A DNA stretch of 64,000 bases from Methanobacteriota archaeon (GTDB taxonomy: Archaea > Thermoplasmatota > Thermoplasmata > SG8-5 > JAGLSY01), in the NCBI GenBank assembly GCA_020697715.1, contig JAEHCO010000001.1, positions 98,394-162,393 of the forward strand, read 5' to 3'. Shown in pieces: positions 20,101 through 26,405 of the stretch. Position 1 is the first letter of the stretch. Each line of letters starts with the position of its first letter. Position numbers and translations under genes: made by a program. Under the pieces are notes generated by a model. The model made no database searches. It was not told the origin of the DNA and worked only from the letters and a program-made list of their open reading frames with translations.

Positions 20101-21097
20101 AAGCTCGGACAATAATGATATAATTGAATATTTCTGGTCATTCAATGATAATGGCCTTATAAGGCGCTATGGAGAGATCGCCAATTACACATTCAACACC
20201 ACAGGTAACTATGAGATCACTTTGGTGGTGACAGACCCAAGTGGCAATGAGGATACATCTATAACATGGGTCAATGTATCCGCAATAACTGGCACCGGGA
20301 CAGTGACTGGAGCAATACTGGATACTGACGGATCCCCCATCATAGGGGTCAGGGTCTATGTAGAGGATTATCCGAGCATCGTCAATACAACAGATGATTG
20401 GGGAGTGTACATTCTGGAAAATGTACCTACTGGATCACAGACCATCATAGCTGGAAAAGATGGCTTCATAAGAGAGATCATGAACATCACGGTCCTTCAG
20501 GATCAGATCACATCTCTTGACATGACGCTTGAGCCTTTAGCAGGAAGCACACCAGTAAATGATGATACTTCAAATGATGGCGAATCAGCAGGATTCTTCA
20601 TTCTGATCATATTGCTGGTGGTCGCAGCCCTTGTAGGTTATTTCCTGGCCACAAGGAAGAAAGGAGAAGTGCCACCTCCTGTGGAAGAGAATGGAACTAT
20701 CATTGATGAGATATTCTTCATGTACAATGATGGGAGGCTCATCAAGCATTTCACAAGACGACTGAAGCCGGATATGGACGAGGATATTCTCAGTAGCATG
20801 CTTGTCGCGGTCCAGGAATTCGTAAAGGACTCCTTCGGAGGCGATGAGGGTGCACTGGATGAGATGAAGTTTGGCAGATTCCAGGCTCTTATGGGCAGAG
20901 GTGAACACATAATCATCGCGGCCGTGATAATAGGAGATGAAACACAGCCATTCAAACCCCAGATATCAAAATGCATCGCTGACATTGAGGAAAAATACGA
21001 GGAACAGCTTGCTAAATGGGATGGGGACGTCACATCCATCAAAGGATCCTTCAAATACGTGGTGGATCTGATAGACGGACACTATGAGGAAAAATAA
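14132..21097 (+). CDS. giant cell-surface glycoprotein (2321 aa; S-layer/adhesin-like) with carboxypeptidase-regulatory-like repeats, PKD domain, C-terminal TM helix and cytoplasmic tail
   Basis: Signal peptide MKTEKILTLVIVLMMSLTPVTG. Dozens of N-x-S/T sequons. Repeated GYITD..TG.PI.G..I units. PKD-like segment DPIANAGPSQNV...SFNDNG...YTFNTTGNYEITLVVTD. TM helix GFFILIILLVVAALVGYFLA followed by KKGE. Confidence 0.75.
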   Translation: MKTEKILTLVIVLMMSLTPVTGMTFNDNANDSIVDPIVPMTSTMVYGWVNDTGSNPMPGTSVIFRDTDTEGIIFSTSTNATGYYNITINVTYDGHIFEMYGVNNVAYLYQNYVGFNEGSNREISFDLNMAPARDCSLEGYITDSLTGMPIAGINITASGNSYLNSTQTNATGYYHMGFIPDQYSMGPDVDGYEDWVEQFYLNSGDNSWRNITLEPINSTLKGYVLSSGGPLDNAQISITDPWGGAWSGIRYEAWTDATGYYEINLTQGSKPVGFSADGFLSISRAVELKFDEISWLNVTMPDAPPDDFIVSGYITDLNTGDPISGVVYLNNANRSWFNQTLVNATTGYYEISGPSEELTLSAQSYWGHYGNSTTINPMPSDVLTQDMVLTNDTDWTTIQGHVEFDSMLITGAQITIYHGNNNWQTSTDGLGDYSINVPSGYIQMVCYYRPMDGTLGSEMDSTFMTTPANGNVWKNYSLSRLSLDSILTGTIEDSMSGLPVENALIYMGNALPGMENTFETGGMTDFKGEYEILAPSGQFNTMVLAEGYEMIMDTVDTSSAEWNWDNATLDPMTDTITIMGFVRDMDTSQSIIGLEPTASGNDWMVWGNAEAGGYYEIEVPVGEVSLRIEPDSYGYYSPSGFGFYAESGVDIWFNVSLRSRPLSIIVRGSVQESDSSLVAGINVTAEVGSREFTTITDAGGQYSLQVPSGRINIRARDPGYGAKDIFYDWFNQEWENQQVDLTADPTNATISNIISDWAYDEDGDGFFDWLYVNVTLNVSGQGRFDLQGGLMPTKYMSGDGGMGGSSSIYTDNESAFDPGMRVIQLAFPGASIRASEMNGYYVDLEIREESQNWNSVDRFGYSTTSNYTWDQFEKPDISLVNMPFEYFPVDTDFDGLYNLLLFNVTVDVKAPGTYSVFTMLQSMAPNRDDSELGMQMTTEELEAGVQTISMSYSGSNIRNGGYHLGAMTVMLFNGSIDMDNGKMQDSGICYIPMDYRQFQYYNIDSFVNGTVMDTGGAPLSDITVGIYNITSKTWNDTTTDGAGYYELGGWNGEWLLYMNDDNDDTSVYQSNMTVLQMLSNDTQVIDRNLEYTIPDQIIRTITFTDWNTTRMEETIYIESDNETIRFEMDRDQFGNGDGFMSESETNTLMSFVGSEVQWDPNTNETMLIDNIKYDMDGGTNSVDLGIVGSYTTKERVYIHQIANYTASSSIPGATDHYLELNVTYDNVNVDLFSGGNVSLLCYIQLPGMWGHVSAIQTNVSISGTNYVTINPGGDPNLGDNDQTEWINITAQDGQPVTTGNLAGSITLDGNTQHFGVTVTVYNITTDAIVASGVTDANGQYHIHGIDAWQYNVTASKPGYVSDYTEPVTITAGGTTYVDLTLYSYPPTIYHTQVVFNLENNTAPIPIFVQVLDDGSVGEVTMWMTDVHGVQTVTSMDAMDATNFMATIPSQTIPGTLTYYFMANDTAGNSANTTSSLNIINVIELASPLMTVAIDPSSTEYGGYTNISAIISDDHSPNVSVWINITYPGGGTYNHSFYGDGLFFVNDTYLDLGTYDYTIWTNDSFGNINYTSGTFVVADTLRPIISSISVSPATQEIESAVNISADIVDVSGIDQVFIEIIDPNSTMTNVSMSNVAGNSYYWQDNYNIVGTYDYTIWAIDNNGLVNYTIGSFLIQDTNAPSLINPVTIPSVQEAGDSVVVGAEITDLSGIEGAWLEIVDPDGDMTNTSMTLGTGDYYTVEDNYTVIGVYDFTIWTKDNNGLINSVSGNFTIEDTLFANISSKIITPTSPELGEVINFTAEISDISGIGWVNLLLENGTAEIWNVTLDGNNTHYWYEFILLEQGTYHLTMWVEDMANNTNKASLIFMVQDTTSPTFTGGMAIPHTQEFGEDIRLSIDAVDASGIEAVCIYILYPDDTFINVTASLTRAEYYYILEIDSIGTYSYTFWIDDMSGNTASVSGTFIGRDTIDPIANAGPSQNVLVRTLVNLDASRSSDNNDIIEYFWSFNDNGLIRRYGEIANYTFNTTGNYEITLVVTDPSGNEDTSITWVNVSAITGTGTVTGAILDTDGSPIIGVRVYVEDYPSIVNTTDDWGVYILENVPTGSQTIIAGKDGFIREIMNITVLQDQITSLDMTLEPLAGSTPVNDDTSNDGESAGFFILIILLVVAALVGYFLATRKKGEVPPPVEENGTIIDEIFFMYNDGRLIKHFTRRLKPDMDEDILSSMLVAVQEFVKDSFGGDEGALDEMKFGRFQALMGRGEHIIIAAVIIGDETQPFKPQISKCIADIEEKYEEQLAKWDGDVTSIKGSFKYVVDLIDGHYEEK
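18470..20040 (+). repeat. six tandem ~285-290-nt (~95-aa) repeats within the giant surface-protein gene
   Basis: Recurring G(T/V)Y(D/S)(Y/F)T(I/F)W..D..GN motif about every 95 aa, seen as TLTYYFMANDTAGNS, TYDYTIWTNDSFGN, TYDYTIWAIDNNGL, VYDFTIWTKDNNGL, TYHLTMWVEDMANN, TYSYTFWIDDMSGN. Each is followed by IEI(I/V)DP..(T/D)MTN(V/T)SM. Confidence 0.7.
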
Positions 21098-21172
21098 TGA
21101 GGCCACGCCCGGGTTTGATAAACCAGGTATGATGAAAAGCCATAAATATTAAGGATAGTGTGAGGTAACATA

Positions 21173-22225
21173 ATGGAGTCCATATCGATATTGATGGCAG
21201 TCTTCTTTTCCTTTGGACTGGCTGCCTTCACCACACCCTGGTTCATCAGAAAGATGGAGAGCAAGGGTCTCGTGGTCAGGGATTATTACAAATCCGGGAA
21301 TAAGATGATCCCTTCCAATGCTGGGATATTGACCCTTTTCATTGTTTTCACGACCATAATAGTACTGCCTCTGGTCTTCAGGATATTCTACAAGATAAAC
21401 CTTGATTTCCCAAGGGAATTCACTGATCTGGATACTGCCATCCTCATGACCATTTTGCTTTATGCTTTCTATGGGGTTCTGGATGATTATATCGATGTTG
21501 GACGATTTTCCAAGATAATAATCCCATTGATGTTCTCGTATCCTCTTGTCATCGCCCTGAGCGGATGGAGCCCGTGGTTCCCCGGTTTGGGTCACATAGT
21601 GCTCTCGGACTTTGACATATCCTTTGGATGGTTCGGAGTTCTTACAGGTGTGATGATATTGAAATATCTCATCGTGCCAGTGTACATAATGGTGGTCGCC
21701 AATCTAAAGAACATGCATGCGGGTTTCAATGGACTTCAATCAGGATGTGCACTGATCATCCTGTCATTCTTGCTTTTGAAATCATCCATGGATGACAATC
21801 TTTCTAATATGTACACGATAGCGGCCATAGTCGGAGCACAAGCTGTTTTCTTCTGGTATAATAAATATCCAGCCAAGATAATCGAGGGGAACATCGGATC
21901 ACTGGCTGTGGGATCGGCGATCGGAGCCGCTCTTGTAGTTGAGCATTATCTGTTTGCTGGAATAGTCATGCTTATGCCTCATATAATCAATTTCCTGATG
22001 TATTTCTACTGGAGGATCATGCAACAAAGACATCCAGAAGATCCAAAGTGGAAGATAGTGAAATGGGGAAAGGTCAGGGAGGATGGCACCCTGGAAGTTC
22101 CCAATAGGCTGACACTGAAATGGGTTCTGCCATATCATTTCAGGATGACGGAAAAACAGGCGACATACGCCATGTACATGATGACGACCGTGTTCTGCAT
22201 CTTTGGATTATTCATACCAGGCTGA
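21173..22225 (+). CDS. aglH: UDP-GlcNAc:dolichyl-phosphate GlcNAc-1-phosphate transferase-like (AglH / GT4 MraY-WecA-GPT superfamily)
   Basis: Polytopic membrane protein with DDxxD (VLDDYIDVG) and N..N..AGFNGL (VANLKNMHAGFNGLQSG) motifs typical of archaeal AglH/GPT. Confidence 0.65.
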   Translation: MESISILMAVFFSFGLAAFTTPWFIRKMESKGLVVRDYYKSGNKMIPSNAGILTLFIVFTTIIVLPLVFRIFYKINLDFPREFTDLDTAILMTILLYAFYGVLDDYIDVGRFSKIIIPLMFSYPLVIALSGWSPWFPGLGHIVLSDFDISFGWFGVLTGVMILKYLIVPVYIMVVANLKNMHAGFNGLQSGCALIILSFLLLKSSMDDNLSNMYTIAAIVGAQAVFFWYNKYPAKIIEGNIGSLAVGSAIGAALVVEHYLFAGIVMLMPHIINFLMYFYWRIMQQRHPEDPKWKIVKWGKVREDGTLEVPNRLTLKWVLPYHFRMTEKQATYAMYMMTTVFCIFGLFIPG

Positions 22226-22340
22226 ACACAACGGGTTGTTCATTCCTGGTTGGTCTATTTCCAATTCCCGCATTCGATTATTTCTTAAAAAAGAAGGAAT
22301 TTAATAGCAGCTTTTCATTAGGGGGCTCATCAGTTTTCAG

Positions 22341-23867
22341 GTGGAGAACATGAAAGTCATACTTGCAGGATACAATATCGATGCCACGATAATAGACAGG
22401 GCGAAGGCCGGAGAGATCGTCAAAGACCTCCCTCTTACACCGGAGACCGTTTCAGTGGCCTATGCCAGGATAAGCCGCGATCCCTCACCAGTCACCGAAC
22501 TACGGCAGAAATCGATAGACGATGTGGAGGCCGCGAGAAGATCCGCCCGGGCTATTGTTTTTGAAATGAACCATCAATCCGTGGCCGAGCACGCGACCTT
22601 TAATTTCGATATATTGGACATATCCAGACTGTGTGTGGAATCATTGGAATGGCACCGCCTGTGCTCATTCACGGAGAAATCCCAAAGATACCAGGAACTC
22701 TTCGGTGATTATCATATACCGAAGGAACTGGATGGTGATGCGAAAGACATCTTTGTGAAGACGATGGATGCACAGAATGAGCTTTATTCCAAGGCCTATG
22801 AGATACTACTGGATCATTTCAAGAAGAAATTTCCCGACATGCTGGCGAAGAAGCGGGATCTGCGAGTGATACAAGGATATGCGAAAGAGGATGCCAGATA
22901 CGCTGTCGGACTTTCCACAAAGGCTCAATTGGGCTTCTCGGCCAATGCGCGCAACCTGGAGTATCTTATCAGGAAACTCAGGGCAAACCCACTAGCCGAA
23001 GTAAGAGAACTTGGTGACGAATTCTTCAAGCTGGCAGGTGATGTCGCGCCTTCATTGATATTGCTTAGTGACCCTGTGGAATATGAGAAGGAGTTCGGAA
23101 GAATACTGAATGATGATTATTTCATGAAGACCAGGCCAGATGCTATCAAGAACTCGGAAGGGGCTTTCGAGGATATTGGAGATGATATAGAGAAATATCG
23201 CCTTGACCTTCCAGAAGAAGGGGATATCAAACTGGTCGACTGGACACAGGATGCTGACAGGATCTTACTACAAACGATCCTGCATTCGCATTCACAGGCC
23301 ACTATAGAGGATTGCATATCATTGGCAGAGAATCTGATTGATAATGGCAAAGCCGAGGACATGATGCGCGATTACATGGCTTATTCAAATCCCTGGGAAG
23401 CGGCCACAAGGGAGTTCGAGGCCGTGGATTTCACATTCGAGGTCGTGCTGAGCTCCGCGTGCTATGGGCAGATGAAGAGACACAGGATGTGCACACAACT
23501 TGTCCAGGATTATGATCCATCACTTGGATACACCTATCCGCCATCGATCATCGAGACTGGATTGGAAGAGGATTTCAAGAAGATATACGACCTCACATCA
23601 GATGCTTATTATGAGCTGGCCAAGACCCACAAGATCGCGGCACAGTATGTTCTGACAAATGGACACAGACGTAGGATGCTGGTCAAGGCCAATGCAAGAG
23701 AATTATACCATATCTCGAGACTGAGGGAAGACGCGCACGCACAGTGGGATATTCAGAATGTATCCGCAGATATGCTCGCACTCGCCCGTGAAAAAGCACC
23801 TCTGACACTGATGCTGGCATGGGGAAAGGATGCTTTCATTAGTAAGAAGAATGAGCTTTTCGATTAG
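22341..23867 (+). CDS. thyX: FAD-dependent thymidylate synthase ThyX-like, tandem-domain form
   Basis: First half has EHATFNFDILDISRLCVESLEWHRLCSFTEKSQRY, the ThyX signature with WHR in place of RHR. Second half has GQMKRHRMCTQ. The track start is GTG 22341; ATG 22350 with GGTGGAG upstream is equally possible. Confidence 0.6.
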   Translation: MENMKVILAGYNIDATIIDRAKAGEIVKDLPLTPETVSVAYARISRDPSPVTELRQKSIDDVEAARRSARAIVFEMNHQSVAEHATFNFDILDISRLCVESLEWHRLCSFTEKSQRYQELFGDYHIPKELDGDAKDIFVKTMDAQNELYSKAYEILLDHFKKKFPDMLAKKRDLRVIQGYAKEDARYAVGLSTKAQLGFSANARNLEYLIRKLRANPLAEVRELGDEFFKLAGDVAPSLILLSDPVEYEKEFGRILNDDYFMKTRPDAIKNSEGAFEDIGDDIEKYRLDLPEEGDIKLVDWTQDADRILLQTILHSHSQATIEDCISLAENLIDNGKAEDMMRDYMAYSNPWEAATREFEAVDFTFEVVLSSACYGQMKRHRMCTQLVQDYDPSLGYTYPPSIIETGLEEDFKKIYDLTSDAYYELAKTHKIAAQYVLTNGHRRRMLVKANARELYHISRLREDAHAQWDIQNVSADMLALAREKAPLTLMLAWGKDAFISKKNELFD

Positions 23868-23881
23868 AATGGAAGATAAGC

Positions 23882-24604
23882 CTATACCTGAATATCAAAA
23901 GAATAGCTGACGCTGGATGTTGGATCCGCCTGGCCATCATCACCCACGTTCTCAGCCGGCTTCCAGTTCCTGACCTCTGAAAGTCTTATTGCTTGCGGAT
24001 TCATATCCGCAAGAAGTTGTGTCATACCAGCTATATGGCCATCACCCACGAAGGCCATGACCGATCCAAATTTCTGATCAAGAGAACGGATGGCATTGGC
24101 CATGTATTCATTTCTCTTGTCTATCAAAGCGATCTTGATACTGGGAAAGGCCTTTCCGAATTCATCCATGTACTGCTCCTCCTTTTCATGGAATTTCTTC
24201 AGTTCCTTCTCCACCCTCTTCTTCCTGATGAACAATGTGGATACTCCAGCAAAGGATATTTTGATCTTTTCACCGAAAGTTATGTTCTTGTTTATCTCGT
24301 CTCTGGTCTTCATGATGTCCATGTCCACCAGAGCGTACTTCGCATTTATCTCGATCGCGGCATCCACGGCAGCCAACATCTCGCTACCGGCCTCGGTTCC
24401 GAACTCGCCAGCTATCCTATCCTGGAACTTTGAAAGAAGCTTATAGACCAAAGGAGCCTTTCCACCTCTTGCGCCTTGCCTCAATGTGGCGTATCGAAGC
24501 TTGTCCAGCTCCACAGCCACCACTGCCGGGGTCTCTTCCAGTATCATGCCCCGGATCTGGGACTTGATATCGAAGACATGGCCAACACCTACCAGGATTA
24601 TCAT
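23882..24604 (-). CDS. TraB/PrgY/GumN-family protein
   Basis: N-terminal ILVGVGHVF resembles the GTAHV motif of the TraB family. ~240 aa. Confidence 0.5.
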   Translation of the reverse strand: MIILVGVGHVFDIKSQIRGMILEETPAVVAVELDKLRYATLRQGARGGKAPLVYKLLSKFQDRIAGEFGTEAGSEMLAAVDAAIEINAKYALVDMDIMKTRDEINKNITFGEKIKISFAGVSTLFIRKKRVEKELKKFHEKEEQYMDEFGKAFPSIKIALIDKRNEYMANAIRSLDQKFGSVMAFVGDGHIAGMTQLLADMNPQAIRLSEVRNWKPAENVGDDGQADPTSSVSYSFDIQV

Positions 24605-24654
24605 TGTTACTTCGATAGGGAAATAGGTATAAATATTCTATGTAACTATGTATC

Positions 24655-25305
24655 TTGGATATCATGAAATTCAAGTTCGTCGCATTTGATCTGGATGGAG
24701 TACTGGTCTCCGAGCGGAGCTCGTGGGAATGGGTACATCACCACATGGGAGTGGATAATGAGGAAGGCTATCGTCTTTTCATGGATGGGAAGATAGACGA
24801 TCATGAGTTCATGAGGCGTGATGTGGAGCAATGGAGGTCCATTGATCCAGATATTAAAATTCAAAGGATAGAGGAGATCTTGATGAGTGCCAGGCTGACC
24901 CCAGGCATAGTGGAGACCATACGTATCCTCAAAGATAGAGGCAGTATTATCGGGATAATCAGCGGGGGCATCGACATACTAGCAGATCATGTGGGCAAGC
25001 TCTGCGATGTGAATCATGTGATCGCGAATGGACTTGCTGTGGATGAAGATGGAAAATTAACTGGCGATGGAATATCCCGTGTGCTTCTGATGGACAAAGG
25101 CAGTGCACTAAAAGATATGCTGGACACTGCCGGCATAGAGCCAAAGGACTGCGCGGTCATAGGAAATAGCTGCATAGACATAAGTATGTTCGAAGTTGGA
25201 GCATTTTCTATCGCTTTCAACCCGATCGATGAAGAAACCATTAGATCCGGAGATGTGGTCATACATTCGGATGATATGAGAGACATATTGCCTTATTTGA
25301 TATGA
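24655..25305 (+). CDS. HAD-superfamily hydrolase, phosphoserine-phosphatase (SerB)-like
   Basis: FDLDGVL motif I, NGL..DEDGKLTG and GNSCIDISM (motif III region), and an ending ...IAFNP...AD typical of HAD-IB/SerB. Confidence 0.65.
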   Translation: MDIMKFKFVAFDLDGVLVSERSSWEWVHHHMGVDNEEGYRLFMDGKIDDHEFMRRDVEQWRSIDPDIKIQRIEEILMSARLTPGIVETIRILKDRGSIIGIISGGIDILADHVGKLCDVNHVIANGLAVDEDGKLTGDGISRVLLMDKGSALKDMLDTAGIEPKDCAVIGNSCIDISMFEVGAFSIAFNPIDEETIRSGDVVIHSDDMRDILPYLI

Positions 25306-25376
25306 ATTTATCAAGATAGACTAATGCTGGCCATATTGGCAATCTTTAATATAAAAAATATTTGAAATGCTACTTT

Positions 25377-26021
25377 CTAAACCCCATGCTCTCCCCTCAT
25401 GGGGACAAAGGCACAGCCGCCTTTGGATTCCTCCGTGACCTTGCCATCCTTCTTGACCAGCCTGACCAGGTCTTGATAATAACCACTGCCAATTGGTATC
25501 ACCATTATGCCCTCATCTTTCAACTGGTCTATAAGAGGCTGGGGTACTTTAGGAGCTCCACAAGCCACCATGATCCGATCGTATGGAGCATGTTCCTCCA
25601 GACCCTTGGAGCCATCTGCATTGATGACTGTTATTCGATTATCTAATCCAATGCTCTTGATATTCGCTATCGCGATCTTGGACAATTCCTCAATGTATTC
25701 AATTGTATAGACATGGCCATGCTCTCCAATAGCATGAGCCGCCATGGATGCGTGATAGCCAGATCCTGCGCCGATCTCCAATATCTTTTCGCCCCCAGAT
25801 AGCTCCAGCATCTCAAGCATCATGCCAACCATATGAGGAGCGGAGATGGTCTGATCATTTCCTATTCGCAGAGGCGTATCGGAATAAGAAAAAGGCTTGA
25901 ACTCATCGGGCACGAAATTCTCCCGAGGTATTTGGAGAAAGGCCTCTATGACCCTTTCACTACTCACATATCCTTGTGATCTCAGACTTTTGATCAAACG
26001 TTTCTTCTTTTCATCTAACAT
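25377..26021 (-). CDS. pcm: protein-L-isoaspartate O-methyltransferase
   Basis: ...ISAPHMVGMMLEMLEL..GEKILEIGAGSGYHASMAA... is a consensus PIMT sequence. Confidence 0.85.
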   Translation of the reverse strand: MLDEKKKRLIKSLRSQGYVSSERVIEAFLQIPRENFVPDEFKPFSYSDTPLRIGNDQTISAPHMVGMMLEMLELSGGEKILEIGAGSGYHASMAAHAIGEHGHVYTIEYIEELSKIAIANIKSIGLDNRITVINADGSKGLEEHAPYDRIMVACGAPKVPQPLIDQLKDEGIMVIPIGSGYYQDLVRLVKKDGKVTEESKGGCAFVPMRGEHGV

Positions 26022-26405
26022 ATTAGCACAGGTTTATTGTTAAATTAGTATTAAGTCTGTCCCTCCTCTTCGTCCTGCCATTGATGAACATAGAATCGTG
26101 GATATTCCTTTTCCATCCTACACATTTAAATAGGTTTTTAAAGAAGGGTTATTAATGATGACTTCTTTATCCTGGGCTAGTGGGCTTAAAAAAGTGGTGA
26201 GGCTCGTTGATGAATATTCTAAGGGTGTCGGAGCCAAATAATATAACTAAAAGGTGAGGATCTGGGACCCAAGAAAAAAGATGATGATGGCAAAAGCTGC
26301 CCAGTATGTGGAGGTAGTATCAATACAGAAACAGGCATTTGTTCTGTTTGTGGTAAGGAACCTCTAGATGAGAAGCAGAAAGGCGGGAAAAAAGTTCAGA
26401 TATCC

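Noticed and set aside
14168-20145. Numerous 60-170-aa ORFs on both strands inside the 14132-21097 gene (for example 14168..14677 -, 17909..18412 -, 18663..18920 +)
   Set aside because: They lie entirely within the long, well-supported giant ORF and have no independent signals.
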